Below, in pieces: positions 16,944 through 25,718 of a DNA stretch of 64,000 nt. The notes beneath the pieces are model-generated. The model had not been told where the DNA came from, searched no databases, and was given only the letters and a program-made list of their open reading frames with translations. Every line of letters starts with the position of its first letter. The stretch's first letter is position 1. This stretch comes from Deltaproteobacteria bacterium (GTDB taxonomy: Bacteria > Myxococcota_A > UBA9160 > SMWR01), in the NCBI GenBank assembly GCA_032128375.1, contig JAQBGU010000232.1, positions 3,106 to 67,105 of the forward strand, in the 5' to 3' direction. The position numbers and the translations under genes are program-made.

Positions 16944-18294
16944 GGTCGAACTTGTCTAGTCGGTAGCGCAGCGTATCGCGGGTGAGGCCGAGCAACGCAG
17001 CGGCACGCGTTCGGTTGCCATCGGCGCGTTCCAGGGCCTGACGAATCATTTCGCGCTCGAGTTCCGCGAGGTTGATTCCACCTTCGGGTAGCGCGAATGG
17101 GCCAGTATCAGAGGCCTCCACGTGCGGCCTTCGCAATCCGGCGAAGGCAGTGGGGCCCAGAATGTCGGTGGGTTCGAGCAGGATGGATCGTTCGATTACG
17201 TTGCGCAGCTCGCGCACATTTCCAGGCCAGGGGTAGCTCTGCAGTTCACGCTCCCCGTCCGGACTGAGTTCGACCTTGCGTCCGTAGAGCTGGCCGATCT
17301 CGTGACAGAAATGTCTGGCGAGAAGGGGAATATCGTCGGCGCGCGACCGCAGAGGTGCGATCTCGAAGGAGAGCACGCGCAGTCGATGCAGCAGGTCATT
17401 GCGGAACTCGCCGTCTTCGACTGCGACGTCGAGATCGCGGTTGGTTGCAGCCATCACATGCACATTCATCGCCCGATCGACTGACGATCCGAGTCTCCTG
17501 ACACGCTTGTCTTCGAGCACCTTGAGCAGCTTCGCCTGAAGTTCCAGCGGAGCATGTCCAATCTCGTCGAGGAAGATGCTCCCGCCTTCACCTGCTTCGA
17601 AGAGTCCCGTGCGACTGGTCTTGGCGTCGGTGAAGGTTCCTCGCTCGTGACCGAAGAGTTCAGCTTCGACCAGCGATGCGGGAAAGGCAGTACAATTCAT
17701 TTCAATGAACGGTCCGCCCCCCAGAAGCTCGTGGATGGCGCGCGCGACGATGCCCTTTCCGGTGCCTGTTTCGCCGGTGAGCAATACGGCCGGGCGTCGG
17801 CCGGGTGGTAGACCTGCCTCCTTCAGGCGCTCTATCTGGGAGAAAATCTGAAGCACGCCCGGGTCGCTTCCGACGATTCCAGCCGGCAGAGCGCGACCTC
17901 GAGCGCGGTGATAAGCCAATTCCCGATCGCGTCGTTGGCGCGAGACTACGCGGTCTACCAGCAGTTGCAGCTCGTCGAGGTCGAGCGGCTTCTGCAGATA
18001 GTCCACAGCCCCACGCCTCATTGCCTCGACGGCGTCGCCCACGGTGCCGTGGGCGGTCATCAATACGACCGGTATCTCGGCATCAATTTCCTGAATCTCT
18101 GAAAGCACCTCTAGCCCCGAGCAATCAGGGAGGCGTAGATCGAGGAGCACGAGATCCGGGGCGACCTTGCCAGCCGCTGCAACGCCATCGGCGCCCAACT
18201 CGGCGACGTGCACCTGGTGGCCGCCGCTCTCGAGCGTCCGCGCAATCTGACGGCGCAACAGGGGTTCGTCTTCGATGACCAATATTGAGGGCAT
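16936..18294 (-). CDS. sigma-54-dependent response regulator (NtrC family enhancer-binding protein)
   Basis: REC (ILVIEDEPLL, LVLLDLRLPD, LQKPL). AAA+ with Walker A GETGTGKG, GAFTGA-variant ERGTFTDA, FLDEIG and RVMAATNRDL. C-terminal Fis-type HTH AAALLGLTRDTLRYRLDKF. Confidence 0.9.
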   Translation of the reverse strand: MPSILVIEDEPLLRRQIARTLESGGHQVHVAELGADGVAAAGKVAPDLVLLDLRLPDCSGLEVLSEIQEIDAEIPVVLMTAHGTVGDAVEAMRRGAVDYLQKPLDLDELQLLVDRVVSRQRRDRELAYHRARGRALPAGIVGSDPGVLQIFSQIERLKEAGLPPGRRPAVLLTGETGTGKGIVARAIHELLGGGPFIEMNCTAFPASLVEAELFGHERGTFTDAKTSRTGLFEAGEGGSIFLDEIGHAPLELQAKLLKVLEDKRVRRLGSSVDRAMNVHVMAATNRDLDVAVEDGEFRNDLLHRLRVLSFEIAPLRSRADDIPLLARHFCHEIGQLYGRKVELSPDGERELQSYPWPGNVRELRNVIERSILLEPTDILGPTAFAGLRRPHVEASDTGPFALPEGGINLAELEREMIRQALERADGNRTRAAALLGLTRDTLRYRLDKFDLT

Positions 18295-18303
18295 AACATG
18301 AAC

Positions 18304-18636
18304 CTACCACGTGTGGGCATAGCCCGCGCGGATGGGGATTGGCTCGGACTGTGGATCCGGCTGGATCGCTACACGCGCCCGCGGCAATAGGGGCTCAAGC
18401 AACCTCGTAGGAATCGGCTGCTCGTCGGGTCGCACACCCGGCGCGTTCGCCAGCCGATCCATCGCAACCTGGATCGAGATCGTGATGAGCGCGTCGACAT
18501 AGCCCTCGTCTCCCGGGCCAGCCCGGATCAGCGCATGGGCGCGGCATGAGAGTTTCACTTTGCGGGAACTCGAGCCGTTCGGAACGCGACGTGTAAGGGA
18601 TACCTTACCACTCCGCGAATGGCCCAATGACCCCAT
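18304..18636 (-). CDS. hypothetical small protein upstream of the NtrC-like gene (weak)
   Basis: 110-aa ORF ending 9 nt before the activator start. The central part has GC-rich third positions consistent with coding. No domain recognised. Confidence 0.3.
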   Translation of the reverse strand: MGSLGHSRSGKVSLTRRVPNGSSSRKVKLSCRAHALIRAGPGDEGYVDALITISIQVAMDRLANAPGVRPDEQPIPTRLLEPLLPRARVAIQPDPQSEPIPIRAGYAHTW

Positions 18637-18674
18637 TTCGGGATGCGAGCCCGCGGAAAGCTGTGAGGGATTGC

Positions 18675-18710
18675 CTTACCTTCAATAGGTAATTGTCCAT
18701 TAATAGGTAA
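18675..18710. promoter_or_regulatory. candidate upstream activator sites (palindrome plus direct repeat) in an AT-rich island
   Basis: TTACCT-N6-AGGTAA palindrome at 18675-18692 and direct repeat AATAGGTAA at 18684-18692 and 18702-18710. They lie 105-140 bp upstream of the sigma-54 match at 18815. Confidence 0.35.
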
Positions 18711-18814
18711 ATGTTTTCTCCTGGTGGTTTCAGCCTTCGCCACGAGATTCACCTCTTGTCACCAAGTAGCTGGAACTAAAGGGTTTCCGCCAGGGTCGGA
18801 GTTTTCTACAGAGA

Positions 18815-18830
18815 TGGTACGAATTTTGCT
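18815..18830 (+). promoter_or_regulatory. sigma-54 -24/-12 promoter candidate for the small PEP-CTERM gene
   Basis: TGGTACGaattTTGCT matches TGGYACG-N4-TTGCW with exact spacing. It lies 93 nt upstream of ATG 18923 and is divergent from the NtrC-like gene. Confidence 0.6.
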
Positions 18831-18922
18831 TCGTAATTTGCGAGCAAGGGTCCGGACGCTAGTCCGTAGCGAAGCCCTCGCTATTTCTCCGCAGCAGCGA
18901 AGAATTGAGGAGCATAAGGAAC

Positions 18923-19666
18923 ATGCGAAGCAGCTTCGGCTTTCTCGGCGCAGCTTTGGTGATCCTGGGAGCTGGCTCGGCCCAGGCGACCCCAATCAGC
19001 GTCGATCAGATCATCTATGAAAGTGCGCTGGGTACCCTGGTCGATCCGTCGGCGCTGAGTGGGACGATCGACGTGACGGCCCTCGGCAACACCCTGACCA
19101 TCCTTCTGACGAATACGTCGCCGGATGCTGCCTTCGTCGGTGGCGGTGCGCCGGCGACGATGCTGCTCACGGGTTTCGGGATCCAGCTCGGAAACCTCGA
19201 CATCGTCAGTGGAGTCGTCACGGTCAATGGTGGATCGAGCGCTCTGAATTTCGGCGCGCAAGCTACGCCGGATATCTCGAACCAATGGCTCTTCGCGAAT
19301 CAGTCGATCGACGGGTACAGCTCGATTCTCGGTGTGCTTGCTGTGGATACCGTCACGTCAACGGTCCATAACGGCACAGGAACACGCTTCGCGGGCCCTC
19401 CTCCGCCCACCCTCGATGGCCCGAATTTCGGGGCGCTCAGCGCCTTCGAAACCGAGTTTGGCGCTTCTACCGCGGGTGTCCAGGATACCATCCAGCTTGT
19501 GCTGACTCTTGATGGTCTTGCACCGACACCGGGCGCGATCGACGCGGGGAATGTCGTCCTGGCGTTCGGATCTCCTGAAGCCCTCGCAGGGGTACCGGAG
19601 CCGGGCACGGGACTGCTCCTGAGCGCAGGCCTGGTCGGATTGGCGTGGCGCAAGCGCAGGAAATGA
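18923..19666 (+). CDS. small secreted PEP-CTERM protein
   Basis: Start MRSSFGFLGAALVILGAGSAQA (signal peptide; GAGGAG/AAGGA upstream). C-terminus GVPEPGTGLLLSAGLVGLAWRKRRK is a canonical PEP-CTERM. Confidence 0.8.
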   Translation: MRSSFGFLGAALVILGAGSAQATPISVDQIIYESALGTLVDPSALSGTIDVTALGNTLTILLTNTSPDAAFVGGGAPATMLLTGFGIQLGNLDIVSGVVTVNGGSSALNFGAQATPDISNQWLFANQSIDGYSSILGVLAVDTVTSTVHNGTGTRFAGPPPPTLDGPNFGALSAFETEFGASTAGVQDTIQLVLTLDGLAPTPGAIDAGNVVLAFGSPEALAGVPEPGTGLLLSAGLVGLAWRKRRK

Positions 19667-19698
19667 CGGCCTGGAGACAGGACACACCCTCGGCTCTC

Positions 19699-19733
19699 AA
19701 CGCCCCGACCTGTGTCGGGGCGTTTTCTCTTCT
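19699..19733 (+). terminator. rho-independent terminator
   Basis: AACGCCCCGAC-ctgt-GTCGGGGCGTT is a perfect 11-bp stem followed by TTCTCTTCT. It starts 33 nt after the stop of the PEP-CTERM gene. Confidence 0.65.
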
Positions 19734-19840
19734 GGGTATTTCACCAACCGCGACCCGATGAGCCGTCGTCAAGGCCGCGCGGAATCATCGCTCGGGAAGT
19801 ATCAGAGAGGCCCGTAGGCTCGATACAGACTTTCGCCAGG

Positions 19841-20392
19841 TCAGCGCGAACTCGGCGCAACTGGCGCAACTGGCGCAACTGGCAACAGTGGCGTCAGCGA
19901 GACCTCGATGATCTCGTATTTCGCATCGCCTTTTGGGCGCTTCACGACGACATCACTGCCTTCTGGGCGTCCGAGCAGCGCGCGCCCGACGGGTGAATCC
20001 ATACTGATGTAACCCCTGGAGACGTCGAATTCGTCGGGCCCCACGATTCGGTAGATGGTCTCGACGCCCGCTTCGTCTGCCAGGCGCATCCATGCGCCGA
20101 AGCAGACTTTGCCGGCTTCGCCACGGCCGGTGTCAGGGTCGATGATGGTCAATTCCTTCAGACGTTTGTCGAGAAACTCGACACGGCTATCGATTTCACT
20201 CAGCCGCCGTTTGCCGTACTGGTAATCGGCGTTCTCTGAACGGTCGCCTAGCGCGGCTGCGACGCGCACCGCTTCCGCCACTTTCGGTCGTTCCACTCTC
20301 CACAGGTGGTCGAACTCCCGGTTCAGTGCTTGCGCACCCTCGGGTGTGATGTACGGCGAACCCGCCGGTCGTTCGGTTCTTTTGCGAGACAT
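19841..20392 (-). CDS. greB: transcription elongation factor GreB
   Basis: From MSRKRTERPAGSPYITPEG. LWRVERPKVAEAVRVAAALGDRSENADYQYGKRRLSEIDSRV and YISMDSPVGRALLG closely match E. coli GreB motifs (LGDRSENADYQY). It carries an extra 19-aa tail. Confidence 0.9.
   Translation of the reverse strand: MSRKRTERPAGSPYITPEGAQALNREFDHLWRVERPKVAEAVRVAAALGDRSENADYQYGKRRLSEIDSRVEFLDKRLKELTIIDPDTGRGEAGKVCFGAWMRLADEAGVETIYRIVGPDEFDVSRGYISMDSPVGRALLGRPEGSDVVVKRPKGDAKYEIIEVSLTPLLPVAPVAPVAPSSR
19854..19889. repeat. 9-bp tandem repeat x4 (GGCGCAACT) forming the GreB C-terminal tail
   Basis: ggcgcaact ggcgcaact ggcgcaact ggcaacagt. On the minus strand it encodes PVAPVAPVAP after the normal GreB end ...EIIEV. 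Confidence 0.8.
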
Positions 20393-20444
20393 GAGGCCGG
20401 TTCTCCGCGCGCCTTTCGCTTGTGCGGATCTGGCTGGGCTTGTC

Positions 20445-21041
20445 TCAGCCGGTGTCTCCGCCTTTCCAGAACTGCTTGTCCTGTGACCATTTCCGGGCCA
20501 TCTCCCGAATCGTCGGGTTCGCACCGCGCTCGGCGAGTAACTCTGCGTGCTTGCGGGTCAGGCGCGAATCGCGGATCAGGGCCGTCTGAATCGCGGCATC
20601 CCTGTACTCGATCACCTGGGCCATATGATCTTCGGTCAGCCCGCTCTCCATCTGGCGTGTCAGATAGGTCCGCCGAATCAATGCCTCGTGGCTTCGCATC
20701 AGCTTTGGGTCGGATCGCGCGATTCGCTCCAGCTGTCGGAGATCGATGCGCGGTGACTGGATCAACTCGACGATCGACGCATGCGACAATTTCGAGTCCG
20801 AATCCGCTTTCATGATACTCAGAAAAGCATCGATCTGCGCGTCGGACAGGGGAGAGGCTCCAACCAGCCACGCGCTGGCCGTCTGTCCCCGATACTTCGC
20901 GGTCTTCTTGGACCCGCCCGATTGGAATCGCTCAAATTGCTCAGCCAGCGATGCGCTGTCGAGGATTCCTGCTCGCAACCACTCGTTTGTGTATCCGAGA
21001 GCCTCGAGCGCGATATCCTCGCTCCTCGTCAGATCACTCAT
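20445..21041 (-). CDS. hypothetical helical protein
   Basis: Start MSDLTRSED with GGAGG 5 nt upstream. About 198 aa, predicted helical repeats, no recognised domain. Co-directional with greB. Confidence 0.55.
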   Translation of the reverse strand: MSDLTRSEDIALEALGYTNEWLRAGILDSASLAEQFERFQSGGSKKTAKYRGQTASAWLVGASPLSDAQIDAFLSIMKADSDSKLSHASIVELIQSPRIDLRQLERIARSDPKLMRSHEALIRRTYLTRQMESGLTEDHMAQVIEYRDAAIQTALIRDSRLTRKHAELLAERGANPTIREMARKWSQDKQFWKGGDTG

Positions 21042-21185
21042 CAAGCCTCCATCGAAGTCTGCGAAGTTTCGCCCTAGGAGGTTGTTCGGCTGACCGGCTC
21101 GTCGAGATCCCAAGAAAACGATCGTAGAGCATCGTCAGCGTCGCATCGCTCGGGTTCGGCGGCGAAAAGAGCCTTCGCGTCCGGG

Positions 21186-22880
21186 CTAGGGGTTCATCGT
21201 GTATGCGCCGTCCAACGCCTCCACGTGCTGGTGCCACACGCGAGAGTAACGATCCGGATCGTGTGCCGGCTTGCGTATGATCTCGCGACAAGCGGCGATC
21301 TGCACATCGTTGCTGCTGGGCTGGCCGAGCACCCCGAGCGCGTGTCCCGACACGTCGCGAACCATGAATTCGAAAATCTGGTCGATCAGGTCGTCGTCCA
21401 TGTCGTAGAGGCGCGCGTTTTCGAGGATCAGCTGCGCGTAGACGACCAGCGCGAAGATTTCGCCCAGGGCCAACAGAAAATCGACGTCCTTCATTTGGTC
21501 GGGTCCGGGGGGCGCCGCCGCGAGCATCTTGCGAAATCGCTCGGTTTGCTCGAAGAAAAGGCGCACGTTCGGCAGCTCGACGCCATCGAATGCGCGCTGG
21601 TAGTCGTGAAACTGAATCTGGCCGAGGCCCCCGGCGCTTCCCTGGTCGAAAAGGAAGTCGTCGTTGTCGTCGCGATCTTGTCGCCCGATCTCTGGAAACG
21701 ACGCAGGGTTGAAAAAAAAGTTGGGCATGAACTTTGCGATCAGTGCAACGTTTACGTGCACGGTTCCCTCGAGTTTGGGGAGCGCTCGGATGTCGACGGC
21801 CGCCTGGCTGAAATACATATCCTTCTCGAAGCCTTTGGCTGCAATTGCGTCCCAGAGCAGGTTGATGACGGCTTCCCCCTGGGTCGTGACCTTCATCTTG
21901 ACCATCGGGTTGTAAAGCAGGTAGCGACGATCATCGGAACTGGCTGCGCGCATGTAGTCGGCAGCGCGGAGTGCAAAGAGCTTCATCGCTACTAGCCGCG
22001 CGTGGCCTTCGACCAACATATGGCGCACGTGCGACATGTCGGTCACCCGCATGCCGTAGAGCTTCCGGTTGTGCGCATGTGCGACAGCTTCGTAGAGGGC
22101 GTGCGTACAGATCCCGATCGATGCCCAGCCGAGGTTGAATTTTCCGACGTTCACCGTATTGAGCGCGGCGTTCCAGGCATCGCGCCCGCGGTGCATGATG
22201 TCGGATTCCCGCACCTTGTAGTCGCGCAACTCGAACTCGGATACGTAGTTCTGGCTCGCCACGACGTTTCTTACGAGGTGATAGTTCGGGTCGCGCGGGT
22301 CAGCGGCAAAGAAGACGTACTCGTCGCCGTCTGCAAAACGACCGAAGGTCGAAACGATGTCGGCCGCGTTGCCGTTTCCGATGTAGTACTTGCACCCATT
22401 GGCTCGCCAGCCGTCGCCGTCAGGTGTGAGCACCATGTCGGTCGAATAGATGTCGGCGCCGTGAGTCCTCTCGGACAGGCCGAAGGCGAAGATGCCGCCG
22501 TCTTCCAGTGCTTGGGCCGCGCGCTTGCGGACAGGCTCGTTGTCACTCATCCAGATCGGACCCAGTCCGAGAACCGATACCTGCCACGTATACCAGTACC
22601 CGAGACCGTAGAAGCCCAGAATCTCCGCGAACTCGCAGATGCGCCAGGTATCCCAGCGCGTATCCGCGGCGCCCTCACCGCTGGGCGTGCACATCGACGC
22701 GAAGATGCGCTCCTTGTGCGCGAACTCGAGGAAGTCCGCGTACCACTCCTGCGCGTAATAGTCCTCGAGGAGTTTTGTTTTGCCCTTGGCCTCGAAAAAA
22801 TCGATGGTCTTGCGCATGATCTCGGACGAGCGCGCGTCGGGGTACGATCGATCGTGGTTCTTGGGGTTGAGCAGAATCAT
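21186..22880 (-). CDS. acyl-CoA dehydrogenase family protein (long form)
   Basis: Start MILLNPKNHD with GGAGG upstream. FAFGLSERTHGADIYS and NGCKYYIGNGNAADIV are ACAD signatures. The 658-aa track ORF has an Arg/Cys-rich false extension. Confidence 0.85.
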   Translation of the reverse strand: MILLNPKNHDRSYPDARSSEIMRKTIDFFEAKGKTKLLEDYYAQEWYADFLEFAHKERIFASMCTPSGEGAADTRWDTWRICEFAEILGFYGLGYWYTWQVSVLGLGPIWMSDNEPVRKRAAQALEDGGIFAFGLSERTHGADIYSTDMVLTPDGDGWRANGCKYYIGNGNAADIVSTFGRFADGDEYVFFAADPRDPNYHLVRNVVASQNYVSEFELRDYKVRESDIMHRGRDAWNAALNTVNVGKFNLGWASIGICTHALYEAVAHAHNRKLYGMRVTDMSHVRHMLVEGHARLVAMKLFALRAADYMRAASSDDRRYLLYNPMVKMKVTTQGEAVINLLWDAIAAKGFEKDMYFSQAAVDIRALPKLEGTVHVNVALIAKFMPNFFFNPASFPEIGRQDRDDNDDFLFDQGSAGGLGQIQFHDYQRAFDGVELPNVRLFFEQTERFRKMLAAAPPGPDQMKDVDFLLALGEIFALVVYAQLILENARLYDMDDDLIDQIFEFMVRDVSGHALGVLGQPSSNDVQIAACREIIRKPAHDPDRYSRVWHQHVEALDGAYTMNP

Positions 22881-22923
22881 GGCGCCTCCATCAGGGCTCG
22901 TGCGCAGCCGTGCCAAACTCCCG

Positions 22924-24297
22924 CTAACGCTGCGGCGGGTTGGCGGCGGTGGCGTACGGAAGGATTGTCTTGAGCAGATCCACCGTCGTTTCCAGCGAGC
23001 GGTTGACACCCGACAGCAGGCCCAGCACGCGGCCGAGTAGCACGATGTGGGAGGGCACTCGGACGATCGGATTCGAGCGAATTTCTTCTGACACGGATTC
23101 ACCGATCTCCTGCAACAGGTCCCGGTCCACGTAACTCTGGTCTTGTACGAGTAGCGCCGCATCTAGCATGAAGCGCGCAAGCTTTGCCAGTGAGTCGGGC
23201 CGGCCGTCGCGCGTTTCGAAACCCAGTTCGAGCAGTGCGACTCCCATCGCATCTGCGTCGGCCCGCAGCAGCGACATCGCGAACGCGGCGATTCCCTTCC
23301 GGAACGTCGGCGGCAAATCCTTGACCAGACCGAAGTCGAGCAAGACCAGCTTCGGGGCGCCGCCGGGGCCGCGTTGGACCAACAGGTTGCCCGGGTGGGG
23401 ATCTGCGTGGAACAGGCCGCGCACCAGGATCTGCTCGCAGAAAGTCTCGATCAGCAGCTTCGCCACTGGCGCAACATCGATGTCGGCCGCCCGCAAGCCA
23501 GCGAGATCGGTAATCTTGATTCCGTCCATGTATTCCATGACCAATACGCGACGGGTCGTGTATCGCCAGTGGATCTGGGGGATCGCGACGTCGGGCCGAT
23601 GTTCGAAATAGCCGGCGATCTTCTCTGCGTTCGCGCCTTCGTTCTCGAAATCGAGCTCGAGAGGAACGTACTGCCCCAACTCGTCGATCAGCGGGAGCAG
23701 GTCGAAGTCGCGTTCGAAATAGCTCACGGCCCGAAACAACGCGCGCAGGCTCGAGAGATCCGTGTAGACCAGTGCTTCGATCTCCGGATACTGCACTTTG
23801 ACCGCCACGCGCTCGCCCGAGTGAAGCCGGGCTTCGTGTACCTGCGCCAGCGATGCGGACGCGATCGGAGTGCGACTGAAGTCGTCGAAAACTTCGTCGA
23901 GATTCGCGCCGAACTCCGACTCGACGATTTCGCGGACGACGTCAAACGGCCGCGCGGGTACACGATCTTGAAGTCGCGATAGCACCTCTACGTACTCCGG
24001 AGGCAGCACGTCCGATCGCGACCCGATGAACTGACAGCCCTTCAGGATCATTCCGCCGAGTTCGACCGCGGCTTCGTAGATGGACTCCGCGCTGGTCCGA
24101 TTGAACTTTGACCAGCGTTCTGCCATGTCTCTGGGCCGCAAGCGCTTCGCGATCATCCGGTTGACGCGGATTCCCAGATAGATGCGCCCGAAGGTGGTGC
24201 TGATTCTGCGCGCCCGGTAGATCCGATTGGCCAGCGATACCGAATCAGCGGGCATGCCCGCTACCAGAGCTTCGGTGGAGCCGTCGGGCAGGACCAC
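22924..24297 (-). CDS. ABC1/UbiB-family atypical kinase
   Basis: PIASASLAQVHEARLHSGERVAVKVQYPEI, HADPHPGNLLV and VLLDFGLV are ABC1/AarF motifs. Confidence 0.85.
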   Translation of the reverse strand: MVLPDGSTEALVAGMPADSVSLANRIYRARRISTTFGRIYLGIRVNRMIAKRLRPRDMAERWSKFNRTSAESIYEAAVELGGMILKGCQFIGSRSDVLPPEYVEVLSRLQDRVPARPFDVVREIVESEFGANLDEVFDDFSRTPIASASLAQVHEARLHSGERVAVKVQYPEIEALVYTDLSSLRALFRAVSYFERDFDLLPLIDELGQYVPLELDFENEGANAEKIAGYFEHRPDVAIPQIHWRYTTRRVLVMEYMDGIKITDLAGLRAADIDVAPVAKLLIETFCEQILVRGLFHADPHPGNLLVQRGPGGAPKLVLLDFGLVKDLPPTFRKGIAAFAMSLLRADADAMGVALLELGFETRDGRPDSLAKLARFMLDAALLVQDQSYVDRDLLQEIGESVSEEIRSNPIVRVPSHIVLLGRVLGLLSGVNRSLETTVDLLKTILPYATAANPPQR

Positions 24298-25718
24298 GCC
24301 TCTTCGAGCGAGTCGTCTTGGATTTCGTCGTCGTCCATGTTCGCGGCATTGTGTGGGTCATCATCACCCGCAGCGGCGACGTCGACGGCATCTTCTTCGA
24401 AGTAGGCGCCGACGTATTGGTCATCGCCGGCCGGGTTTTCGTAGGCCCCGACGCCAAATTCATCATCATCAGCTTCGTCCGCGTCTTCGTCGAGGTATGG
24501 CGGTGTGTATGCGCACTCGACCCAGCCGGGTGCCGGGAACTCCAGAATGAAACTCGTGCCGAAGCTGCGGTAGCGGAACTCGCCGTCGTACAAGAAGCTG
24601 AAGCCGATGGCCGGCGCTGGGATCTCCGAGAGGTAGCCTTTCTCGACGAGCGCTTGCAGTTCGTCGGGATAGATTTCTTCCTTATCGAGATAGTTGGCCA
24701 GCGCATCGGTGACCTCACGGGCGAGTATTTCGCGCGTTACGTAGTAGTCGTATCGGGCCAGTGCCTGGCCGGATACGACCGGGACGGCGATCATCGCCGC
24801 GCCGACCGCCAAACCTACGGCCCGCCGATTCAACCCTTCGACGCCACCCGCGCGCAGAGTGCCGAGCCCGATCGCGATCGCGCAGGCAACCGCCATTGCG
24901 CTCGAGGTCGCCACGCCGACACTGAATGCAAAAACACCGATCGAATCGCCGAGCCACAACAAGCATACGGGTACTGCGAGCCCAAGCGCGACTCCGACGA
25001 TGCCCGCGCCGAGCGCGGCAGAGCCAGAACTGCGTCGAGCGCGTGCAATTCCGGCGATACCGATCGCGGTACCGACCATCAAGACCAACGTGAACACCGA
25101 GCCCAGCCCGATTCCGAACATCGAAATCGCGGGCCAAGGCGAGATCGCGAACTGAAGACTCTGGTCGGTACCTGTTGCGTTGCGAATGAACGCCAGGATC
25201 AACAAGAGAAAAGGTAGATAGGTCGCAATGCGGGCGGGCCAACCCAGCCGCAACCAGCTGTGTGCCAGAAACGGCGCCGCAATCGAGAAGCCGATCGCCA
25301 ACGTCATCAGCGTCAGCACGGCCGAAGCGCGCCAGTGGAAGAAGGTCCAGATCTGCTCGGCTTCGGTTCCGTAGTAGACGTAGCAGAGGGTCGCGAGCAC
25401 ACACGAAATCGCGATTGCACGCGCGACTGCCGAGCGGTTGGTGATAAAAATCGCCACCGCCAGAAAGAGTGCCGGAATTCCAAACCAAGCCAGCGCCGCG
25501 CCGAGCGTTTCGAATAACTCCGAGATGATCGGCGCGCTGAACAGAAAACTGGTCGGCGTGTACCAGTTTTGGCCGCGACCTGGCTCGGGCCCGATTCCCT
25601 GGTGAATCAAGTAGGTGTACACCAGCAGGGTGGTGAGTAGAGCCCAACCTAGAACCGAACTCGTTCGGGCATCCGGCTCGGAGTCGACCGCGGGTATTTC
25701 CTCTTGCTGTTTGGACAT
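24261..25718 (-). CDS. polytopic membrane protein with acidic C-terminal domain (hypothetical)
   Basis: 485 aa, about 10 hydrophobic helices. The C-terminal soluble part ends in a strongly acidic tail (DEDADEADDDE...DDDEIQDD). Abuts the upstream gene with no gap. Confidence 0.6.
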   Translation of the reverse strand: MSKQQEEIPAVDSEPDARTSSVLGWALLTTLLVYTYLIHQGIGPEPGRGQNWYTPTSFLFSAPIISELFETLGAALAWFGIPALFLAVAIFITNRSAVARAIAISCVLATLCYVYYGTEAEQIWTFFHWRASAVLTLMTLAIGFSIAAPFLAHSWLRLGWPARIATYLPFLLLILAFIRNATGTDQSLQFAISPWPAISMFGIGLGSVFTLVLMVGTAIGIAGIARARRSSGSAALGAGIVGVALGLAVPVCLLWLGDSIGVFAFSVGVATSSAMAVACAIAIGLGTLRAGGVEGLNRRAVGLAVGAAMIAVPVVSGQALARYDYYVTREILAREVTDALANYLDKEEIYPDELQALVEKGYLSEIPAPAIGFSFLYDGEFRYRSFGTSFILEFPAPGWVECAYTPPYLDEDADEADDDEFGVGAYENPAGDDQYVGAYFEEDAVDVAAAGDDDPHNAANMDDDEIQDDSLEEAWSCPTAPPKLW

